From Mobula hypostoma (taxonomy: Eukaryota), in the NCBI RefSeq assembly GCF_963921235.1, contig NC_086108.1, positions 117,120,001 to 117,184,000 on the forward strand: DNA of 64,000 nucleotides, given 5' to 3'. The notes under the pieces are model-generated. The model was not told where the DNA came from. It worked only from the letters and a program-made list of their open reading frames with translations, and searched no databases. The position numbers were made by a program, and so were the translations under genes. This document shows positions 15,001 to 24,800 of this stretch, in pieces (positions within the stretch are counted from its first letter, which is position 1; the number at the start of each line of letters is the position of its first letter).

Positions 15001-18000
15001 TCCCGTTCCCACACTCACCCCAGTCCTCACCCTCACTGTCCCGTTCCCACACTCACCCCCGTCCTCACCCTCACAGTCCCGTTCCCACACTCACCCCAGT
15101 CCTCACCCTCACTGTCCCGTTCCCACACTCACCCCAGTCCTCACCCTCACAGTCCCGTTCCCACACCAACCACTCCTCACCCTCACTGTCCCGTTCACAC
15201 ACTCACCCCAGTCTGCATCCTCATCGTCCCGTTCCCACACTCACCCCAGTCCTCACCCTCACTGTCCCGTTCCCACACTCACCCCAGTCATCACCCTCAC
15301 TGTCCCGTTCCCCACGGTTACCACAGTCCTTACCCTCACCGTCCCATTCCCACACTCACCCCAGTCCTCACCCTCACCGTCCCGTTCCCACACTCACCCC
15401 AGTCCTCACCCTCACCGTCCCGTTCCCACACTCACCCCAGTCCTCACCCTCACCGTCCCATTCCCACACTCACCCCAGTCCTCACCCTCACTGTCCCGTT
15501 CCCACACTCACCCCAGTCCTCACCCTCACAGTCCCGTTCCCACAAACTCACCCCAGTCCACAGCCTCACTGTCCCGTTCCAACACTCACCCCAGTCCTCA
15601 CCCTCACTGTCCCGTTCCCACACGCAACCACTCCTCACCCTCACCGTCCTGTTCCCACACACACAGCAGTGCTCACCCTCACGGACCGTTCCCACACTCA
15701 CCCTGGTCCTCACCTTCACTGTCCTGTTCCCACACTCACCCCACTCCTCACCCTCACTGTCCCGTTCCCACACTCACCCCAGTCCTAATCCTCACTGTCC
15801 CGTTGCCACACGCAACCACTCCTCGCCCTCGCTGTCCTGTTACCACACTCACCCCAGTCCTCACCCTCACAGTCCCGTTCCCACACCAACCACTCCTCAC
15901 CCTCACTGTCCCGTTTCCACAATCACCCTAGTCCTCACCCTCACCGTCCCGTTCCCACACTCACCCCAGTCCTCACCCTCACTGTCCCGTTCCCACACTC
16001 ACCCCAGTCCTCACCCTCACCGTCCCGTTCCCACACTCACCCCAGTCCTCACCCTCACTGTCCCGTTCCCACACTCACCCCAGTCCTCACCCTCACCGTC
16101 CCGTTCCCACACTCACCCCAGTCCTCACCCTCACTGTCCCGTTCCCACACTCACCCCAGTCCTCACCCTCACCATCCCGTTCCCACACTCACCCCAGTCC
16201 CGACCCTCACTGTCCCGTTCCCAAACTCAACACAGTCCTCACCCTCACTGTCCCCTTCCTACACTCACCCCACTCCTCACCCTCACTGTCCCCTTCCTAC
16301 ACTCACCCCAGTCCTCACCCTCAATTTCCCGTTCCCACACTCACCCCAGTCCCCACCCCCACCGTCCCGTTCCCACACTCACCCCAGTCCTCACCCCCAC
16401 CGTCCCGTTCCCACACTCACCCCAGTCCTCACCCTCACCGTCCCGTTCCCACACTCACCCCAGTCCTCACCCTCACCGTCCCGTTCCCACACTCACCCCA
16501 GATCTCACCCTCACCGTCCCATTCCCACACTCACCCCAGTCCCGACCCTCACTGTCCCGTTCCCAAACTCAACCCAGTCCTCATTCTCACTGTCCCGTTC
16601 CCACAAACCTACCCCAGTCCTCACCCTCACCGTCCAGTTCCCACACTCACCCCAGTCCTCACCCTCACGTCCCGTTCCCACACTCACCCCAGTTCTCACC
16701 CCCACTGTCCCGTTCCCACACTCACCCCAGTTCTTACCCTCACCGTCCCGTTCCCACACTCACCCCAGTCCTCACACTCACCGTCCGGTTCCCACACTCG
16801 CCACAGTCCTCACCCTCACCGTCCCGTTCCCACACTCACCCCAGTCCTCACCCTCACCGTCCCGTTTCCACACTCACCCCAGTCCTCACACTCACCGTCC
16901 CGTTCCCACACACTCACCCCAGTCCTCATTGTCACCGTCCCGTTCCCACGCTCACACCAGTTCTCACCCTCACCGTCCCGTTCCCACGCTCACCCCAGTC
17001 CTCACCCTCACTGTCCCGTTCCCCACGGTTACCATAGACCTTACCCTCACCGTCCCGTTCCCACACTCACCCCAGTCCTCACCCTCACCGTCCCGTTCCC
17101 ACACTCACCCCAGTCATCACCCTCACTGTCCCGTTCCCCACGGTTACCACAGTCCTTACCCTCACCGTCCCGTTCCCACACTCACCCCAGTCCTCACCCT
17201 CACCGTCCCGTTCCCACACTCACCCTAGTCCCCGCACTCACTGTCCTGTTCGCACACTAACCCCAGTTCTCACCCTCACAATACTGTTCCCACACTCACC
17301 CCAGTCCTCACCCTCACCGTCCCATTCCCACACTCACCCCAGTCCTCACCCTCACTGTCCCGTTTCCACCATCACCCCAGTCCTCACCCTCACTGTCCCC
17401 TTCCTACACTCACCCCAGTCCTCACCCTCACATTCCCGTTCCAACACTCACCCAACTCCCCACCCTCACTGTCCCGTTCCCATACTCACCCCAGTCCTCA
17501 CCCTCACCGTCCCGTTCCCACACTCACCCCAGTTCTTACCCTCACCGTCCCGTTCCCACACTCACCCCAGTCCTCACACTCACCGTCCGGTTCCCACACT
17601 CGCCACAGTCCTCACCCTCACCGCCCGTTCCCACACTCACCCCAGTCCTCACCCTCACCGTCCCGTTCCAATACTCACAACAGTCCTCACCCTCACCGTC
17701 CCGTTCCCACACTCACCCCAGTCCTCACACTCACCGTCCCGTTCCAACACACCCACCCCAGTCCTCATTGTCACCGTCCTGTTCCCACGCTCACCCCAGT
17801 CCTCACCCTCACTGTCCCGTTCCCACACTCACCCCAGTCCTTACCCTCACGTCCCGTTCCCACACTCACCCCAGTCCTCACCCTCACTGTCCCGTTCCCA
17901 CACTCACCCCAGTCCTCACCCTCACCGTCCCGTTCCCACACTCACCCCAGTCCTCACACTCACCGTCCCGTTCCCACACACTCACCCCAGTCCTCACACT

Positions 18001-21000
18001 CACCGTCCCGTTCCCACACACTCACCCCAGTCCTCATTTTCACCGTCCCGTTCCCACGCTCACACCAGCCCTCACCCTCACCGTCCAGTTCCCACGCTCA
18101 CCCCAGTCCTCACCCTCACCGTCCCGTTCCCACACTCACCCCAGTCCTCACCCTCACTGTCCCGTTCCCACACTCACCCCAGTCCTCACCCTCACTGTCC
18201 CGTTCCCACACTCACCCCAGTCCTCACCCTCACTGTCCCGTTCCCACACTCACCCCAGTCCTCACCCTCACTGTCCCGTACCCACGCTCACCCCAGTCCT
18301 CACCCTCACTGTCCCGTTCCCACACTCACCCCAGTCATCACCCTCGCTGTCCCGTTCCCCACGGTTACCACAGTCCTTACCCTCACCGTCCCGTTCCCAT
18401 AATCACCCCAGGCCTCACCCTCACTTTTCCGTTCCCACGCTCGCCCCAGTCCTCACCCTCACCGTCCTGTTCCCACACACACACCAGTGCTCACCCTCAC
18501 GGTCCCGTTCCCACACACACACCAGTGCTCACCCTCAGCGTCCCGTTCCCACACTCACCCCAGTCATCACCCTCACTGTCCCGTTCCCCACGGTTATCAC
18601 AGTCCTTAACCTCACCGTCCCGTTCGCACACTCACCCCAGTCCTCACCCTCACCGTCCAGTTCCCACACTCACCCCAGTCATCGCCCTCACTGTCCCGAT
18701 CCCCACGGTTACCACAGTCCTTACCCTCACCGTCCCGTTCCCACACTCACCCCAGTCCTCACCCTCACCGTCCCGTTCCCACACTCACCCCAGTCATCAC
18801 CCTCACTGTTCCGTTCCCCACGGTTACCACAGTCCTTACCCTCACCGTCCCATTCCCATACTCACCCCAGGCCTCACCATCACTTTCCCGTACCCATACT
18901 CACCCCAGTCCTCACCTTAACCGTCCTGTTCCCACACACACACCAGTCCTCACCCTCATCGTCCCGTTCCCATACTCACCCTCGTCCTCACCCTCACCGT
19001 CCCATTCCCACACTCACCCCAGTCCCCGCACTCACTGTCCTGTTCCCACACTCACCCTAGTCCTCACCCTCACAGTACCGTTCCCACACTCACCCCAGTC
19101 CTCACCCTCACTGTCCCGTTTCCACCATCATCCCAGTCCTCACGCTCACTGTCCCCTTCCTACACTCACCCAAGTCCTCACCCTCACTGTCCCCTTCCTA
19201 CACTCACCCCAGACCTCACCCTCACTGTCCCGTTCCCACACTCACCACAGTCCTCACCCTCACCGTCCCGTTCCCACACTCACCCCAGTCCCCACCCCCA
19301 CCGTCCCGTTCCCACACTCACACCAGTCCTCACCCTCACCGTCCCGTTCCCACACTCACCCCAGTCCTCACCCTCACCGTCCCGTTCCCACACTCACCCC
19401 AGTCCTCACCCTCACCGTCCCGTTCCCACACTCACCCCAGATCTCACCCTCACCGTCCCGTTCCCACACTCACCCCAGTCCCGACCCTCACTGTCCCGTT
19501 CCCACACTCAACACAGTCCTCACCCTCACTGTCCCCTTCCCACACTCACCCCAGTCCTCACCCTCACTGTCCCGTTCCCACACTCACCCCAGTCCTCACC
19601 CTCACTGTCCCGTTCCCACACTCACCCCAGTCCCCACCCTCACCGTCCCGTTCCCACACTCACCCCAGTCCTCACCCTCACCGTCCCGTTCCCACACTCA
19701 CCACAGTCCTCACCCTCACCGTCCCGTTCCCACACTCACCCCAGTCCTCACCCTCACCGTCCCGTTCCCACACTCACCCCAGTCCTCACCCTCACCGTCC
19801 CATTCCCACACTCACCCCAGTCCTCACACTCACCGTCCCGTTCCCACACACTCACCCCAGTCCTCACCCTCACCGTCCCGTTCCCACGCTCACCCCAGTC
19901 CTCACCCTCACTGTCCCGTTCCCACACTCACCCCAGTCCTCACCCTCACCGTCCCGTTCCCACACTCACCCCAGTCCTCACCCTCACTGTCCCGTTCCCA
20001 CACTCACCCCAGTCCTCACCCTCACCGTCCCGTTCCCACACTCACCCCAGTCCTCACCCTCACCGTCCCGTTCCCACACTCACCCCAGTCCTCACCCTCA
20101 CTGTCCCGTTCCCACACTCACCCCAGTCCTCACCCTCACTGTCCCATTCCCACACTCACCCCAGTCCTCACCCTCACTGTCCCGTTCCCACACTCACCCC
20201 AGTCCTCACCCTCACTGTCCCCTTCCCACACTCACCCCAGTCCTCACCCTCACTGTCCCGTTCCCACACTCACCACAGTCCTCACCCTCACCGTCCCGTT
20301 CCCACACTCACCCCAGTCCTCACCCTCACCGTCCCGTTCCCACACTCACCCCAGTCCTCACCCTCACCGTCCCGTTCCCACACTCACCCCAGTCCTCACC
20401 CTCACCGTCCCGTTCCCACACTCACCCCAGATCTCACCCTCACCGTCCCGTTCCCACACTCACCACAGTCCCGACCCTCACTGTCCCGTTCCCAAACTCA
20501 ACCCAGTCCTCATTCTCACTGTCCCGTTCGCACACTCACCCCAGTCCTTCCCCCACGTTCCATTCCCACACTCACCCCAGTTCTCACCCACACCGTCCCG
20601 TTCCCGCACTCACCCCAGTCCTCACCCTCACCGTCCCGTTCCCAAGCTCACCCCAGTCCTCACCCTCACCGTCCCGTTCCCACACTCACCCCAGTCCTCA
20701 CCCTCACTGTCCCGTTCCCACACTCACCCCAGTCCTCACCCTCACTGTCCCGTTCCCACACTCACCCCAGTTCTCACCCTCACTGTCCCGTTCCCACACT
20801 CACCCCAGTTCTTACCCTCACCGTCCCGTTCCCACACTCACCCCAGTCCTCATCCTCCCCGTCCCGTTCCCACACTCACCTCAGTCATCACCCTCGCTGT
20901 CCCGTTCCCCACAGTTACCATAATCCTTATCCTCACCGTCCCGTTCCCATACTCACCCCAGGCCTCACCATCACTTTCCCGTTCCCACACTCACCCCAGT

Positions 21001-21285
21001 CCTCACCTTAACCGTCCTGTTCCCACGCTCACCCCAGTCCTCACCCTCACCGTCCCGTTCCCACGCTCACCCCAGTCCTCACCCTCACTGTCCCGTTCCC
21101 ACACTCACCCCAGTCCTCACTCTCACTGTCCCGTTCCCACACTCACCCCAGTCCTCACTCTCACTGTCCCGTTCGCACACTCACCCAAGTCCCCACTCTC
21201 ACCATCCCGTTCCCACACTCACCCCAGTCCTCACCCTCACTATCCCATTCCCACACTCACCCCGGTCCTCACCCTCACTGCCCAT
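1..21285. repeat. 38-bp tandem satellite/minisatellite array (array A), consensus CCCCAGTCCTCACCCTCAC(T/C)GTCCCGTTCCCACACTCA, ~560 monomers, truncated by the window start
   Basis: Period read directly, e.g. CTCACCCCAG at 20041 and again at 20079. Monomers are contiguous, with point variants, occasional small indels and no unique spacers. Copy number is length/38. Confidence 0.98.
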
Positions 21286-22028
21286 CCTCTCTGACAGGAG
21301 GGCTGTGACTCTGTGTTCTGCAGGGATCAGTGCTGGTTGTGTTGTGTTACCTTTCTCAACAGTCCGGATGATAATGTGCTAAACTGGATCAGCAAATCTG
21401 TGGATGTCATCAAGTTTGGGAGTGTGGTGGACAGTGACAAAGGCTATCAAGGAGCTGCATCAGCTGTGAAAGTGGGCAGAAAACCGGCAGATGGAATTGT
21501 ATGGAGGCAAGTGTGAGGTTTTGCACTATGCTGGGACCAGCCAGGGTCATTCTTACACAGTGAATGGTCGGGCACTGAGGATTGTGGCAGAACAAAGCAA
21601 TTTGGGAATACAGTTCCATAATTCCTGGAAAGTGACTTTACAGGTAAATATCGTCATAAAGAAGGTTTTTAGCACATTGGCATTGATAAAGCAATGTATT
21701 GAGTACAGAAAATGGGATGTTATGTTGAACTTGTCTGAGACATTAGTGAGGCCTAATTTGGAGTATTGTGTGTAGTTTTGGAAAAATGTAAACTAAGTTG
21801 ATAGAGTACAGTGAAAATTTATGAGGATGTTGCCAGGTGTGGAGAACCTGAGTTATAAAGTGAGATTGAATAGATTATGATTATATTTTTGGAACACAGA
21901 AGATTGAAAGGACATTTAATTGAGGCATGGAAAATTATGAGGGGTATACACAGGGTAAATGCAAGCAGGCTTTTTCCATTGAGGTTTGGTGGGTCTACAA
22001 CTCGAGGTCATGGGTTTTAGAGAAAGGA
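21286..22028 (+). mobile_element. Degenerate CR1-clade LINE ORF2 fragment (reverse-transcriptase C-terminal half), truncated at both ends
   Basis: Decayed CR1 RT motifs: QGSVL (~21321); DDNVLNWISKSVDVIKFGSVVDS (degraded ISKFADDTK); KCEVLHY...YTVNGRAL...LGIQ...LVRPNLEYCV. Multiple stops and frameshifts. Confidence 0.92.
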
Positions 22029-22034
22029 CTTCTT

Positions 22035-23259
22035 TATATGTTGTGCTTCTCTATGGCTTTATATTGTAGCCCTCTTGAAATGAATGTTAAGATCACATTG
22101 CCTTCTTCACCACTGACCCAACTGCAAGTTAACCTTTAGTCCAAGTCCTTTCGGACCTCAGATTTCTGAATGTTCTCTTAATTTAGAGAATAGTCTGTGC
22201 TTTTCTTTCTACTACCTAAGTGCATGACCATACGCTTCCCAACACTGTATACCCACCCTGCTATTTTATTGCCCATCCTCACCTATCTGTCCCTCTGTAG
22301 CCTCTCTACTTCTCAAAACTACCTGCCACTTCACCTATCTTCATATCATCCACGAACTTTGCAACAAAGCCATCAATTCCATCATCCAAATCATTGACAT
22401 ATAATATAAAAAAAAATTGATCTCAACACAGACCCCTGTGGAATGCCACTAGTCAATGGCAGCCAATCAGAAAAGTCTCCTTTTATTCCCACCATTTGCC
22501 TCCTGCTGATCAGCCACTGTTTTATCCATGCTAGAATCTTTCCTGTAACACCATGGGCTCATAGCTTGTTAAACAGCCTCATGTGTGGCACCTTGACAAA
22601 GACCTTCTGAAAATCCAAGTACACAACATCAACTAATTCTCCTTTGTCTATCCTGTTTGTTATTTCTTCAAAGAATTCCAACAGATCTGTCAGGCAAGAC
22701 TTTCCCTTGTGGAAACCATGCTGACTATGGTCTATTTTATCATGTGCCTCCAAGCACCCCAAAACCACATCCTTAAAAATCAACTCAAACATCTTGCTAA
22801 CCACTGAGGTCAGACTAACTGGCCTATAATTTCCTTTCTACTGACTCCCTTCTTGAAGAGTGACGTGACGTTTGCAGTTTCCAGTCCTCTGGTACCATGC
22901 CAGAATGAATTGATTCTTGAAAGATTATTACTAATGCCTTCACATTCTCTTCAGCCACCCCTTTCAGAACTCTGGAGTGAACACCATATGATGCAGGTAA
23001 CTTATCTACCTTCAGGTCTGTCAGTTTCCCAAAACCCTTCTCTCTAGTAAAGGCAATTCACACACTTCTGTCCCCTGACACTCTTGAACCCCCACCATAC
23101 TGCTTGTGTCTTCCACAGTGAACACTGATGCAAAATATTCATTCAATTTGTTCTCCATTTCCTTGCCCCCATTACTACCTCTCCACCATTGTTTTCCAGC
23201 AGTCTGATATCCACTCATCTCTCTTTGACATTTTATGTGGCCAAAGAACTTTATGTATC
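22035..23259 (-). mobile_element. Degenerate CR1-clade LINE ORF2 fragment (RT domain), opposite orientation, apparently a different subfamily
   Basis: Minus-strand translations: NKLNEYFASVFTVED; HSQHGFHKGKSCLTDLLEFFEEIT...VDVVYLDFQKVFVKVPH (QHGF/KSCLTNL/YLDFQKAFDKVPH motifs); WLPLTSGIPQGSVL; YVNDLDDGIDGFVAKFVDDMKIG (FADD catalytic motif mutated to FVDD). Frameshifts and deletions present. Confidence 0.94.
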
Positions 23260-23554
23260 AATAATGCTGTTATCGCCATTCACTGACATTGCCACATATA
23301 GCCAACTTCTCTGTTGCACTCAAGGGTACAGGGATATCACATTACACCATGTCTTTTTAGAGTTAGCGGTCTGAAAGTTGGCTGTTCTTAAAGAGTTACA
23401 TTACCAGAAGCTACGACTCTTGCTTAGGAACTCAGCCTCGCTGTCTCGGAGCTGCAGCTCAGCATGTTAAAGCTCCACCCGGACAGAAATCAAAACGCTG
23501 CAGAATTAACTCGATCACAACACTCATCAGTCTTTCGAAGAGCTATGTGAAAGA

Positions 23555-23804
23555 ATTAGGTACAGTGGAGATGTCAGGGGTAAGTTTTTTACACAGAGAG
23601 TGGTGAGTGCGTGGAATGGGCTGCCGGCGGCGGTGGTGGAGGCGGAAACGATAGGGTCTTTTAAGAGACTCCTGGACAGATACATGGAGCTTAGAAAAAT
23701 AGAGGGCTATGGGTAAGCCTAGGTAGTTCTAGGGTAAGGACATGGTCAACACAGCTTTGTGGGCCGAAGGGCCTGTATTGTACTGTAGGTTTTCTATGTT
23801 TCTA
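23555..23804 (+). mobile_element. Young 5'-truncated CR1 LINE 3' end (~250 bp) with probable AAAGA target-site duplication
   Basis: Uninterrupted ORF2 C-terminus YSGDVRGKFFTQRVVSAWNGLPAAVVEAETIGSFKRLLDRYMELRKIEGYG* (TAA 23714-23716). CR1-type 3' UTR core GGGCCGAAGGGCCTGT and TTTCTATG-type tail (TTTTCTATGTTTCTA). AAAGA flanks it at 23550-23554 and 23805-23809. Confidence 0.93.
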
Positions 23805-24250
23805 AAAGAGAAAGGGGAGGACTCTCCTCCAGACCGGCAGGAAAGTCTGTGCAATGAAACACCAGCACTGACCCTCCTGGTGAGCAGCCAGGCTGCTCTG
23901 AAGCTCCTCCATCCGAGAGAAAGACGAAGATTGGCTGTAAAACTCTTCACCCAGTCATCCCAGGCTGAGTGCTCCAGGTGGGAGAGCATTTACCAACGTT
24001 AAAGTCAGATAAAACTGTTCCTGCACCCAGTAAAAGTTGTAAACATGAAATGACAAACCACCAGCCACGGTTACTGCCACGGCCCGAGCACAGACTCAAC
24101 AAAACTTGGCCAAACAGCCTTTTCCTGAGAAAAAAATTGCTGTCTACGATGACACACCATTCTCTTTTACTTTCCTCTGTCCTCATCATCATCCTTCAGT
24201 GTTAATGCCCAAAATAAATTGACATTTTCCAAAAGATCACAGACCACCGT

Positions 24251-24313
24251 CCGTCCCAAAGTGTGACCCTCCCTCAGTACCGACCTCTATCAGTGTAAAC
24301 CTCTCTCAGTACC
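24251..24313. repeat. Two degenerate tandem copies of a 32-bp unit (..AGTGT....CCTC(C/T)CTCAGTACC..)
   Basis: AGTGT at 24260 and 24292; CTCAGTAC at 24273 and 24305 (period 32). It resembles a CAGTGCAGCACTCCCTCAGTACTG-type repeat I recall from elasmobranch genomes (not verified). Confidence 0.55.
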
Positions 24314-24800
24314 TCTTCTTTTTATTTACAAAACTGTAAAAGTTCAATTACACAACAAATACACAAGGTAATAACATTAATTATTTTCAAGACAGTGAAT
24401 AAATTCAATTAAGATACGATTATTACTGTCTGTAAAATAGTCATCCCTGGAGGGCCCACCGCTCTCTGAAATTCCCCAAATGTACATACTGTGACCGCAT
24501 GCTCCCTCTCCAAGGACAGCCAGGCACAAACCTATACTCAGAAGAGGAACAGGCAGTTGGCCCTGGCACAGTCCTCAACTTTCCACCGCCTAGACCCATG
24601 AATGGCCATCTTGGCCAGGCTCAGAAACAAGACCACCAGCAAAACCTCCTCACGACCAGCCCCTTTCTGTCCTGGGTATCCGTATATAAGGAGCACGGGG
24701 CTGAAGGCAGGCAGATCGTGAGCAGCAGTCCCTTCATATACTCAGTCAGGAGCTGCAACATCTCATAATCCATACAGACTCCTCCCGGCCACAGAGTGGA
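24314..24800 (-). mobile_element. Decayed 3' end of a Tx1-clade (L1 group) non-LTR retrotransposon: ORF2 C-terminal/zinc-knuckle region, AT-rich 3' UTR and short A-rich tail
   Basis: Minus strand, joining frames across three frameshifts: CPLCGREESV/MDYEMLQLLTEYMKGLLLTICL/FSPVLLIYGYPGQKGAGREEVLLVVLFLSLAKMAIHGSRRWKVEDCARANCLFLF*V*VCAWLSLEREHAVTVCTFGE/FRERWALQG. This fits the Tx1 ORF2 tail as I recall it (CPFCG.EE...RLQPLF..L..LL.....FSP.LLIFG...LAK.AI..SR...F..RWA). AATAAA on the minus strand at 24326-24321, followed by an A-rich tail. Confidence 0.85.

Noticed and set aside
282..19060. Very long + strand ORFs (up to 2866 aa) rich in Pro/His/Ser/Thr, mucin- or extensin-like
   Set aside because: The 38-bp consensus has no stop in any + frame. 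Because 38 is not a multiple of 3, all three frames give the same 38-aa cycle and overlap one another. Indels shift frame freely and there are no unique domains, so this is a repeat artefact.
1..21285. True telomeric or interstitial telomeric repeat
   Set aside because: Only the variant CCCTCA/TCCTCA occurs inside a 38-mer. There are no (CCCTAA)n tracts.
21313..23218. Short ORFs in the island as host genes
   Set aside because: They are in-frame or off-frame pieces of decayed CR1 ORF2.
24499..24768. 89-aa + strand ORF
   Set aside because: It is antisense to the Tx1 ORF2 remnant and has no independent support.
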